A DNA stretch of 64,000 nucleotides from Bacteroidales bacterium (lineage in GTDB: Bacteria > Bacteroidota > Bacteroidia > Bacteroidales > WCHB1-69). The translations under genes and the position numbers were made by a program. This document shows, piece after piece, positions 9,265-16,973 of the stretch (the stretch's first letter is position 1; every line of letters begins with the position of its first letter). Location of the stretch: NCBI GenBank assembly GCA_017525505.1, contig JAFXSR010000046.1, positions 1,520-65,519 of the forward strand, written 5' to 3'. The notes below the pieces were generated by a model. The model worked only from the letters and a program-made list of their open reading frames with translations. It had not been told where the DNA came from and did not search any database.

Positions 9265-9283
9265 GGTACAATCTTCGTGAATA

Positions 9284-11563
9284 TCACTTCCTGTAACGTT
9301 CCTCCAGTTCAGTACGGTATTTGGCGGCGATATTGCGGGCAAGCTCTACCCCATCGCCTTGGGGCTCGGCACTGAAATTGCCGAGACGCTGGCGCCACCA
9401 TTGGCCTTCATATTTACAGATGCGTTCGTGATAGGCTTTTTCGTCAAAGGGCACACCGGCCTCAATAGCGGCATTTACATCCTTGAAGAACTCCTTCCAA
9501 CGATAGGCGTAATAGGTCTCGGTTAGACCAGCCCATGCACGGCTGGCATATTCGTTCAGCAAAGCGTCTTCCTCTCCCCAGGTGGTAATCAAGTTGCGGG
9601 CATTGCTCTCAAAGTAGTCCTTGTCTTCTTCTGTTGTGCCAATTGCCCTTGCATCACGGATCCAACGGCCTACAAGAAAGGCACTTTCGGTGGCTAACAA
9701 GGGGTCAACATCATCCAAAATGGAAGTCATGGTTTGCTCAATCTGATGATGTTTTTCATAATCCTCTTTGCGATAAGCTTTTACATAATCCGAATACAAA
9801 TCGCTGAAATAGTTTCCTAGCAACTGGCGAGTGATATTGACAATGTCGAAACGACGGGTACGACTATACACTGTAGGCATCTGCGTCCCTACAGACGCAT
9901 CGCCTAACAAATGATCGAGGACATCCAACAGGTCTATATTGTTGTATCTGTATGTTGGAGCAATATAATACTGATGATATTCCGGAATATCGCCCATAGT
10001 GGGACGCTGGTTGATGCGGACCGTCTGTCCCGGCGAGGACACCTTGTTATATACGCTGTCTGCCAACAGTTTCCATGCGGCACGCATCTCCGCATCCACC
10101 TTGCCGGCACGCTGGTCGGCGAGGCACTCCACCCATGCGGGCACATCTTTGGTCAACGGATTGTCCCACGCCTTCTCGAAAACATACTCATACATGATGG
10201 GATTGCAGTCGAAGCCCTCCAAAGTAGAGCCGATACCTATAAAATTGTCGCCACCCTTTTCAAAAGCCCGCTCAATACGCACATTCACGGTATCAAGATT
10301 GCCAGCCAGCATCGAGTTGCCTCCGAAATTGCCCAGATAGCACCAAATATACGGTACACCGTAGTAGGCATTGGTACGTTCCCATACCGGCTGACGCTCG
10401 CAATAGTAGTCAAGCAACAGATGACGCTCCTTCGGGAAGGAGGTGATATAAGCCTCGATGCGGTTGTCCACCTCCCAGTACTGGCGCTCGTTCCAGAACA
10501 GCCAAGTCATTTCCAGCCAACGGGCGTCGGGGTCGGCAGCCACCAGCGACTCATACACCTGACGGCTCACACGGCCCAAGTATTCAGGTTCCCAGCTGGG
10601 CGGTATCATCTCGTTGAAGATGTCTATGCCATAAACATGGTCCGTTCCGAACATTTCTATCTCTTTGGTAATGAATCTTTTCTGAATATCAGCATACAAC
10701 TCGCATTCCGGGTCAAGGAACTTGCACCAGCAGGTGCTGTCAAAGCCTGCCCAGTCGCCCAAAGATGCCAAAGGCGCATCAGGATAAATGCGGGTGATGC
10801 ATGGTGGCACATGTCCCGCAAAGCCTGGGAGCACCGGTTTCATATTGAGCTCACGTTCGCGGGCCACAATTCGCTTCTGCAGTTCCTTCTGGTTTTCGAG
10901 CCAAGAAACGGGCAGCGGACCACCCCAGCGGTCGATATTCTGCATACGGTGCCACGGCAGATGTGCCGGTCCAGTAAAATAGCTGCGGATTTCATCGTCG
11001 GTCAGTCCCAGTTCGCTCCACACCTCGTACCAAACCGCCTCCTGTCCTGTAATAGCCAGCGGCAAATTGATGCCGTTAAGGGCCATCCAGTCGATAAAAT
11101 GCTCCCACTGCTCCCAGTTCCACCAAGGCATTGTGTAGCCGAAGGTACAGTAATTCAGGAAGAAACGCTCAGGCACACGAGCCGACAGACTTACTTTCCC
11201 GGGCACCTTGGGCATCGTGGCGGGCAACTCCAGCGGTTCTTCTTTGAACCACGAATACTGTGCGAGGCAATAGTATTTCAGGTAATGGTTCAGGCCCACC
11301 GCCATGCTGTTGGCATTGTTGCCACGGATAATGAGCTTATTGCCTTTGCTTTCCAGTTCGAAGCGGTCTTCGCAAGCTGTAGCACCATCCGCAAAGAGCG
11401 CAGAATCGGTTTCAAGTCGTTCAAGGACAATATTTTTCGAATACTCCGGCACCACACGGTTTACCAGTCCGCGCATCGCAACGCACTCAGGGTCGGTTTC
11501 GGTCTTGGTGCAGGCCACACAGAGGACAATGCACAGGATGAGAATGAGATGTTTTTTTTTCAT
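9284..11563 (-). CDS. Alpha-N-acetylglucosaminidase (GH89, NAGLU family), lipoprotein
   Basis: 759 aa with a lipoprotein signal (LCIVLCVAC). Motifs such as YFTGPAHLPWHRMQNIDRWGGPLP and the three-domain length are typical of GH89. Confidence 0.8.
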   Translation of the reverse strand: MKKKHLILILCIVLCVACTKTETDPECVAMRGLVNRVVPEYSKNIVLERLETDSALFADGATACEDRFELESKGNKLIIRGNNANSMAVGLNHYLKYYCLAQYSWFKEEPLELPATMPKVPGKVSLSARVPERFFLNYCTFGYTMPWWNWEQWEHFIDWMALNGINLPLAITGQEAVWYEVWSELGLTDDEIRSYFTGPAHLPWHRMQNIDRWGGPLPVSWLENQKELQKRIVARERELNMKPVLPGFAGHVPPCITRIYPDAPLASLGDWAGFDSTCWCKFLDPECELYADIQKRFITKEIEMFGTDHVYGIDIFNEMIPPSWEPEYLGRVSRQVYESLVAADPDARWLEMTWLFWNERQYWEVDNRIEAYITSFPKERHLLLDYYCERQPVWERTNAYYGVPYIWCYLGNFGGNSMLAGNLDTVNVRIERAFEKGGDNFIGIGSTLEGFDCNPIMYEYVFEKAWDNPLTKDVPAWVECLADQRAGKVDAEMRAAWKLLADSVYNKVSSPGQTVRINQRPTMGDIPEYHQYYIAPTYRYNNIDLLDVLDHLLGDASVGTQMPTVYSRTRRFDIVNITRQLLGNYFSDLYSDYVKAYRKEDYEKHHQIEQTMTSILDDVDPLLATESAFLVGRWIRDARAIGTTEEDKDYFESNARNLITTWGEEDALLNEYASRAWAGLTETYYAYRWKEFFKDVNAAIEAGVPFDEKAYHERICKYEGQWWRQRLGNFSAEPQGDGVELARNIAAKYRTELEERYRK

Positions 11564-11605
11564 AAAAGGGTGATTTATTGATTATTATTTATTTGTCTAT
11601 TATTA

Positions 11606-11757
11606 GTGTCGCCTCTTCGAGGCTTAAAGGAAGTTGGGGCTTTTTCCACCCCAGACTCACGTCTGGGGTTATTGAGATAATGCCTCTTCGAGGCATGGGG
11701 ACCAAAACAAGGTTCCTTTTACCCCATACTCATATCAGAAATTCCTCTTCGAGTCAC
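11606..11757 (+). mobile_element. MITE-like hairpin-module element, partial copy C (right-end modules only)
   Basis: The sequence is gtgtcgcctcttcgaggc ... accccagactcacgtctggggttattgaga-taatgcctcttcgaggcat, followed by a degenerate second unit accccatactcat...cctcttcgagtcac. It matches the right end of copies A and B. Confidence 0.6.
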
Positions 11758-11808
11758 AAGGGTATATAATTTGCATTCTATCCTTCTTCATATTCACTTT
11801 CTATCTAA

Positions 11809-13110
11809 TCACAACTCATCTTCAACAACATTCAATCCCTGCAACAATGCTTTCAACACCTCGGCATGGCGGCCAGGCACGATAACATGATGATTGCCAA
11901 TAGGATTGGTCAGGAAATAGGCGGTTTGCGAGGGCTCTGCCAAGCGCACCACCAACTGTGTGCGACAAAGGTCGGGTTGGGACTGATTCCGGATCAATCC
12001 GCCCTCGGTGATGAAGCATCGGGACAAGTCGCCAGCCACTTTGCATATCGTGACAGGTCCTTCAGGCACATAGCCGCGGATGCCCACCCCGATACCCGAC
12101 TCGAAATGTGTGTCCAGTTCGTAACGTTGCACCATATCGAAAGGAATGGTACAATGAGCGAACAGAATTTCACCCGTTTCGGGGTTGATGGAAGCGGGAT
12201 TGGCCTGGAAGCACGAGACGCCGCACAAAGCACGCACCACCATCATGGTCAGCATGGTGGGCACATCGCCTTCGCAACCCGCCACAATGTCCTCAGAATT
12301 CAACTTGGCCAAAGCCCAGCAGCCCGTATTATGCACGGAATCCAGCAAATCGAAACAACGCAAGGTAAAGCCTTGAAGCTGATAATTTTCAATTAAAGAT
12401 TTCAATGCCAAATAAATACGGTATGCATCCGGCAATGAATTGGCCACAGCGGCCGAACCACAAAGCCCTTTCGAGAATACAGAAGCAACTGTATTACAAC
12501 AACATTCACCCAGACCAGCTATTTTAAGACTAGCAAACAAACTCTTCACCTCTACCGTTGACATCTGCGGAATTCCCGCTAAAGTCTCCAGCAATTCGCT
12601 CATCGGAATATCCACAAACTCCACACCTAAGTTCTGACGCACCTTGGCAGCATCTTTCACGCTCGCAATCAGCCAATCGGACGGTTCACCAATCACACCG
12701 AGACGGCACTGGCGCAAATAGTTCGAGGCATCCCCTACTCTTTGCAACATCCTGATTTTGGCAGAAACGTATGCGGCTTTGCCATGCAGAATTTCTCCCT
12801 GCATGCCCTGCTGCCTCAGATACGACAGAATCTCCAACGAAGCAGCCAAGGAATTGCTCTTGTCGGAAGCCAAAAGATAAAACGGCTTGGCGGACTGTGC
12901 CTCCAGCTGTGGCAAAAGGCGTTTGAAAAGGCCTTCGGTGCCACCCGTCCGCACAAATATCAAATCCAGATCATGGCTGCCGTAGTCGGCAAAATCATTG
13001 TCTTTCAGTTCGTACGTCAAATCCAGTGATGATAAAAACTCCTGGGTTAGAGCCGTTATTGCCTGCGGGTCATGCAGTGCGGAAGTTATAGGGTAAATGG
13101 CGATGGACAT
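11809..13110 (-). CDS. L-fucose/L-arabinose isomerase-superfamily protein
   Basis: 433 aa. The central motif IVAGCEGDVPTMLTMMVVRAL...FQANPASINPETGEILFAHCTIP resembles the sugar isomerase (FucI/AraA-like) catalytic region. The specific substrate is unknown. Confidence 0.5.
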   Translation of the reverse strand: MSIAIYPITSALHDPQAITALTQEFLSSLDLTYELKDNDFADYGSHDLDLIFVRTGGTEGLFKRLLPQLEAQSAKPFYLLASDKSNSLAASLEILSYLRQQGMQGEILHGKAAYVSAKIRMLQRVGDASNYLRQCRLGVIGEPSDWLIASVKDAAKVRQNLGVEFVDIPMSELLETLAGIPQMSTVEVKSLFASLKIAGLGECCCNTVASVFSKGLCGSAAVANSLPDAYRIYLALKSLIENYQLQGFTLRCFDLLDSVHNTGCWALAKLNSEDIVAGCEGDVPTMLTMMVVRALCGVSCFQANPASINPETGEILFAHCTIPFDMVQRYELDTHFESGIGVGIRGYVPEGPVTICKVAGDLSRCFITEGGLIRNQSQPDLCRTQLVVRLAEPSQTAYFLTNPIGNHHVIVPGRHAEVLKALLQGLNVVEDEL

Positions 13111-13114
13111 TTTT

Positions 13115-13262
13115 AGTATAAAGTATAAAGTATAAAGTTTATAGTTGACAGTTGATAATTGATAGTTGACAATTGATAATTGGTTTAGGAGGTTTAGAAA
13201 GGTTACACGGTTAGGAGGTTATTAAGTTTATGGATTATGAATTTTGAATTCTGAATTAAATT
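13115..13262. repeat. Drifting tandem word array filling a whole intergenic spacer
   Basis: The units are gtataaa x3, gtttata, gttgaca, gttgata, attgata, gttgaca, attgata, then ggtttag/gaggttt-type words, then ttatgga/ttatgaa/ttttgaa/ttctgaa. The period is mostly 7. Confidence 0.8.
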
Positions 13263-13273
13263 ACAGCAGCCTT

Positions 13274-13786
13274 TCAACGATTCGCCCCGCCATAATATTG
13301 GGCATCCGCTTCACTGAAGCAACAGATAATGATTTGACCTTGGTAGCCGTCACGGATATGAGCCGAAAGTGTTTGCAGAGCAATGCGTGCCGCCTTGTCT
13401 TTCGGAAAACCATATACGCCGGTACTGATGCACGAGAACGCGATGCTTTCCAAATGATTCTCCTCCGCCAGCTTCATGGCATTATCGTAACATCTGGCCA
13501 GCAAACTCTCCTCGCCCTGCTGTCCGCCGTACCACACGGGCCCCACAGCATGAATCACTTTCTTGCACGGAAGTCTGTAAGCATCGGTCATCTTGCACTG
13601 TCCCGTCTCGCAGCCACCAAGTGTTGCACACTCCTTAACCAGCTCCGGTCCCGCTGCACGATGGATGGCGCCATCAACGCCCCCACCGCCAAGCAACGAT
13701 CGGTTGGCTGCATTGACGATGGCATCTACTTTCAACGTGGTGATATCTGCCACCACAACTTTTATTTTGTCGCTGTATTTTTCCAT
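13274..13786 (-). CDS. ymdB: Macro-domain protein (O-acetyl-ADP-ribose deacetylase, YmdB-like)
   Basis: IKVVVADITTLKVDAIVNAANRSLLGGGGVDGAIHRAAGPEL and FSCISTGVYGFP match the macrodomain signature. Start set at MEKYSDK; an upstream ATG at 13819 is possible. Confidence 0.85.
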   Translation of the reverse strand: MEKYSDKIKVVVADITTLKVDAIVNAANRSLLGGGGVDGAIHRAAGPELVKECATLGGCETGQCKMTDAYRLPCKKVIHAVGPVWYGGQQGEESLLARCYDNAMKLAEENHLESIAFSCISTGVYGFPKDKAARIALQTLSAHIRDGYQGQIIICCFSEADAQYYGGANR

Positions 13787-13850
13787 AATATGATTTTTTT
13801 TGATTATACTATTTTGCAACTAACTTATAATAAAGATTATAACATTAACA

Positions 13851-14480
13851 TTAAACATTGTATTCCGCCATATCCTCCGCTGCCATCGGCAGTTCCTCCT
13901 CCACATGGATATAGCTTTTATCTTTCGGATTGAAGGTTGCGAGGTAATAATCATGAAGCTGAACCTCAACACGCAACATCGTCTGTTCCAACTGTTTGGG
14001 TTTCAACTGGCACTCCCAAAGCACAATCACCTGCCAGCCATTCTCCCGCAGAATCCGGTAATTTTCCTGATCCCGCTCCTGATTCCTCTGAATCTTTCGA
14101 ATCCAAAAATCAGTATTGCTTTGCGGAATCCTGCAACACTCAGAATTCTCAACCTTCTTTCTATCAACCTTATACGGAATTCCCTTCTCTCCCACCTTTC
14201 CAACCGCTACTCCAGAATCCGAATTCTCAACTGTCAATTGTAAACTGTCAACTGTCAACTGAACCCCGTGTCCATGCCAAAAGCACCCGTTCACAAAGAT
14301 GGCGGTGCGATACTTCCGCATCACGATATCCGGCTTCCCCGGCACCCCTTTTACACACAAGCGGTAGCGATAGCCATGTTGCCACAGCCACTGCCGCACC
14401 TTGATTTCAGGCTTGGTATTCCGGCTGCGGATATGCGACATGCAGCGGTGGCGTTGTATCGGGGTCATGATGTCAGTCAT
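13851..14480 (-). CDS. vsr: Very-short-patch repair endonuclease with an in-frame repeat-derived insertion
   Basis: SRNTKPEIKVRQWLWQHGYRYRL...GKPDIVMRKYRTAIFVNGCFWHGH ... PQSNTDFWIRKIQRNQERD...GWQVIVLWECQL is the Vsr signature. About 36-39 extra residues interrupt the CFWHGHxC segment. Confidence 0.8.
   Translation of the reverse strand: MTDIMTPIQRHRCMSHIRSRNTKPEIKVRQWLWQHGYRYRLCVKGVPGKPDIVMRKYRTAIFVNGCFWHGHGVQLTVDSLQLTVENSDSGVAVGKVGEKGIPYKVDRKKVENSECCRIPQSNTDFWIRKIQRNQERDQENYRILRENGWQVIVLWECQLKPKQLEQTMLRVEVQLHDYYLATFNPKDKSYIHVEEELPMAAEDMAEYNV
14143..14262. repeat. Repeat-vocabulary insertion inside vsr
   Basis: An 11-bp direct repeat gaattctcaac (14143-14153 and 14221-14231) bounds a 78-bp block. 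It is followed by heptamers caactgt/caattgt/aaactgt/caactgt/caactga. Confidence 0.75.
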
Positions 14481-14481
14481 A
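14441..14481. repeat. 41-bp direct repeat, copy 1 (authentic vsr 5' end)
   Basis: tgcagcggtggcgttgtatcggggtcatgatgtcagtcata. It is identical to 15833-15873 at 40 of 41 positions. Confidence 0.9.
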
Positions 14482-14884
14482 AGTACTGTTTGTCAAAAAC
14501 GATTTTTTTTAGCTTTTCGATCACGTCCAAATCTGCTGGCAGCCACTGCACGCTGTCGAGCTCATTAGGGGCGAGCCAACGGGCGGCCTCATGTTCGAGG
14601 AGGGTGAGCGAGCCGCTTTCTACGGTGCAGAGGAAGCAGTGCATGGTGAGGTGAAATTTGGGGTAATCCCATTCCACAGTATGTAACAGGCTCTCTATGC
14701 GGACACAGGTCTCCAGTTCCTCCCAGATTTCACGCTGAAGAGCTTCTTCTGGAGTTTCTCCTGGTTCAATCTTGCCTCCGGGAAACTCCCACCAGTCCTT
14801 CCAATCGCCAGCCCCCCGCTGGGTGGCGAAAATGCGACCTTCTGCATCATGTATAATCGCCGCTACAACCTCAATCTGTTTCAT
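14477..14884 (-). CDS. mutT: Nudix hydrolase (MutT / 8-oxo-dGTP or CTP pyrophosphohydrolase type)
   Basis: 135 aa. The Nudix box reads GGKIEPGETPEEALQREIWEELE. The stop overlaps the vsr ATG (ATGA). Confidence 0.8.
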   Translation of the reverse strand: MKQIEVVAAIIHDAEGRIFATQRGAGDWKDWWEFPGGKIEPGETPEEALQREIWEELETCVRIESLLHTVEWDYPKFHLTMHCFLCTVESGSLTLLEHEAARWLAPNELDSVQWLPADLDVIEKLKKIVFDKQYL

Positions 14885-14901
14885 AAATGTAAATATAAGA
14901 G

Positions 14902-15720
14902 TTATTTGTGAGTTATAACCATATCATACAAAATGGAATCCAGCAATTCATTTGTAGCATGGTTGTGTTCAGGGCGGAAACTGTTAACGCAATCATTATA
15001 ATATTCGCTCATACCGCGAGCATACTCCACCAAAGAATTATCAACAACCATCATATCGCACTCTCTCTCCCCCTTCTTCATCAATATCAATTCATTGATT
15101 TTATCTACCAAAGCCTTATCCTTGACAGTGGCATCAACAAGCTGCGTAAAGAGCACTGGTGGCAATGACTTGTGGTTTTCAATCCATTTACATGCCAAAA
15201 TACCTCGAAGATAGTATAGAAAACGCTTTGCCGGGTAGCCTTCTTGTTGGAGAAAACGTTCATTGTGCTTGTTATACATGTGATTGTAGTGATACATGGT
15301 CTTCACAGGGTCGAAGAATTGCCGCTCCACTTCGCGGATACGTCTGACAAAAGTCTCATCGGAAAGATACACCTTAGGAGAATTGAACCATTCAAGCAAC
15401 GATGGATTACTGCGTTTAAGCAAAGAAAGTGCCTTACGGAGTTCCCATCCGGCAAGGTCCACATCATCAGGATACATGTATTCAATGACATCACGCTGTT
15501 CCTCCACCTTAAAATACCATTGGGGTTTGTGAACATAGATAAAACGCACGTCCCAGTCGCTGTTTTTCGACTCGAATCCCCAAGCACGACTGCCGGACTC
15601 AACGGCAAGCAAGATTTTTACATCATATTCTCGCTCCACATCACGCAAGTGAGCCTGGATGAGCACTTTCTCCATCTTTTCGATTAAATTCTGAGAGCTT
15701 AAATCTTCGTTCATATTCAT
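14902..15720 (-). CDS. Pol-beta-superfamily nucleotidyltransferase (RlaP / PF10127-like)
   Basis: Start set at ATG MNMNEDL; the track ORF begins at an upstream TTG. LLAVESGSRAWGFESKNSDWDVRFIYV...DLAGWELRKALSLLKRSNPSLLEWFNSP matches the predicted-nucleotidyltransferase family. Confidence 0.7.
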   Translation of the reverse strand: MNMNEDLSSQNLIEKMEKVLIQAHLRDVEREYDVKILLAVESGSRAWGFESKNSDWDVRFIYVHKPQWYFKVEEQRDVIEYMYPDDVDLAGWELRKALSLLKRSNPSLLEWFNSPKVYLSDETFVRRIREVERQFFDPVKTMYHYNHMYNKHNERFLQQEGYPAKRFLYYLRGILACKWIENHKSLPPVLFTQLVDATVKDKALVDKINELILMKKGERECDMMVVDNSLVEYARGMSEYYNDCVNSFRPEHNHATNELLDSILYDMVITHK

Positions 15721-15832
15721 CGTTATTTTGATTTTCAAAAAGTCATTTTTATATTTTTTTCCACTGCATTTTCTGCTACCCAAGGTCTTTTCCCCCTGAT
15801 CTACATAGAGATTGAGATCAACCTTGCAATAA

Positions 15833-15873
15833 TGCAGCGGTGGCGTTGTATCGGGGTCATAATGTCAGTCATA
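15833..15873. repeat. 41-bp direct repeat, copy 2 (stranded vsr 5' fragment)
   Basis: tgcagcggtggcgttgtatcggggtcataatgtcagtcata. It encodes MTDIMTPIQRHRC on the minus strand, then diverges to a stop after 23 codons. Confidence 0.9.
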
Positions 15874-15876
15874 GCA

Positions 15877-16548
15877 TTACCAGATATAAGGAATGACTTT
15901 GTATTTCACCCTTTGTTTGTACTCGCGGTAGCCCTTAAGGCCTTGCTCCAGAACGGCTTCTTCATTACGTATCCGCTTAGCAATAAGCGGAATATAGAGC
16001 AGCATGACCAGGAAAGAGATGGGCGAAGCCAGTACCAACGGCATCATCAGGAAAAGTATGTTCGTGGACATATACATCGGGTGGCGGACGATGCCGTAAA
16101 GTCCTGTGTCAATGACCTTCTGGTTTTCCTGCACCTCGACAGTTCGCGAGAGGTAAGTATTTTCGCGCAGCACCTCCGCATACAGGATATAGCCGAACAG
16201 GAAGAATGTGGCAGCAAGCCACACGACCCAAACGGGCAGCACCAGCCACTGGAAACGCCAGTTCAATCCAGCCACCACAAAGGCTACGACAAACACCACA
16301 GCACTCAGCGCCACGACAGCCTTCTGTTCTCGCTCATCCTCTCTAGCATTCAAGCGTTTACGAAGCAATTCCGGATTCTTCACCATCAATATCAATCCTG
16401 CAACGAACATCGGTACAAACAAAACGCCCATCATCAGCCACCCCTGCCAATAATGGAACGAACCAGCGGGCAAGAAGATGAGCAATCCGAGAATAACAAC
16501 CCCCGAAAGGAACTTCATCAAAGCCTGGAAAAAGAGTTTGGTATCCAT
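15877..16548 (-). CDS. Isoprenylcysteine carboxyl / phospholipid methyltransferase-family membrane protein
   Basis: 223 aa and multi-TM. The C-terminal motif GLYGIVRHPMYMSTNILFLMMPLVLAS...EEAVLE is typical of the ICMT/PEMT family. Confidence 0.7.
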   Translation of the reverse strand: MDTKLFFQALMKFLSGVVILGLLIFLPAGSFHYWQGWLMMGVLFVPMFVAGLILMVKNPELLRKRLNAREDEREQKAVVALSAVVFVVAFVVAGLNWRFQWLVLPVWVVWLAATFFLFGYILYAEVLRENTYLSRTVEVQENQKVIDTGLYGIVRHPMYMSTNILFLMMPLVLASPISFLVMLLYIPLIAKRIRNEEAVLEQGLKGYREYKQRVKYKVIPYIW

Positions 16549-16563
16549 AGTGTGTTGATTTTA

Positions 16564-16716
16564 TCAGTTCTTGTTGAGGATGACGAGTGCGGCAATGACG
16601 CCCGGCACCCATCCAGCCAAAGTGAGCAGAAATACGATAAGTACTGACCCGCAGCCCTTGTCGATGACTGCCAGCGGCGGGAAAAAGATGGCTAATAAGA
16701 CACGAAGAAGAGACAT
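16564..16716 (-). CDS. YqaE/Pmp3-family small membrane protein (below the ORF-track cut-off)
   Basis: Hand translation gives MSLLRVLLAIFFPPLAVIDKGCGSVLIVFLLTLAGWVPGVIAALVILNKN (50 aa). PPLAV...LLT(L)LGW(I/V)PG(V)IHA-type motifs define the UPF0057/Pmp3 family. Confidence 0.7.
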   Translation of the reverse strand: MSLLRVLLAIFFPPLAVIDKGCGSVLIVFLLTLAGWVPGVIAALVILNKN

Positions 16717-16721
16717 GAAGA

Positions 16722-16973
16722 CTATTTTTTTAGGGTTTCTAATGCCCGGCAGAGCTGGTCGGGGCAGGAGGTGGCTTTATCGCCACAACGGATGCCATTC
16801 AGTATGCCAATGACATCGTCAATCTTTCGGCCTGTCACCAAACGACTGATTCCTTGCAGGTTACCATGGCAACCGCCATAAAAAACAACTTGCTGAATAA
16901 CATCATTCTCATCGACCGTCACATCGATGAACTGCGAGCAGGTTCCTTGGGTTTTGTAGAGGGTGTGTTTCAT
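16722..16973 (-). CDS. TSCPD-domain protein (TIGR03905-like)
   Basis: 83 aa. The sequence reads GTCSQFIDVTVDENDVIQQVVFYGGCHGNLQGISRLVTGRKIDDVIGILNGIRCGDKATSCPDQL, with the eponymous TSCPD motif. Confidence 0.75.
   Translation of the reverse strand: MKHTLYKTQGTCSQFIDVTVDENDVIQQVVFYGGCHGNLQGISRLVTGRKIDDVIGILNGIRCGDKATSCPDQLCRALETLKK

Noticed and set aside
11551-11563. A9 homopolymer right after the GH89 start codon, and A8 after the PPAD-like start (41401-41414), considered as slipped-strand phase-variation switches
   Set aside because: These runs simply encode the Lys-rich n-region of signal peptides (MKKK...), which is very common in AT-leaning Bacteroidota genes. There is no evidence of a frameshifted state here.
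9911-11581. 556-aa ORF antisense to the GH89 alpha-N-acetylglucosaminidase gene
   Set aside because: It is a shadow ORF. The opposite strand encodes a full-length GH89 with signal peptide, while the antisense product has no recognisable features.
13244-13933. 229-aa plus-strand ORF spanning the macro-domain gene and the vsr end. Similar plus-strand ORFs lie at 15832-16647, 25422-26201 and 61908-62600.
   Set aside because: All lie antisense to genes with strong family motifs. They cross gene boundaries and repeat arrays and have no motifs of their own.
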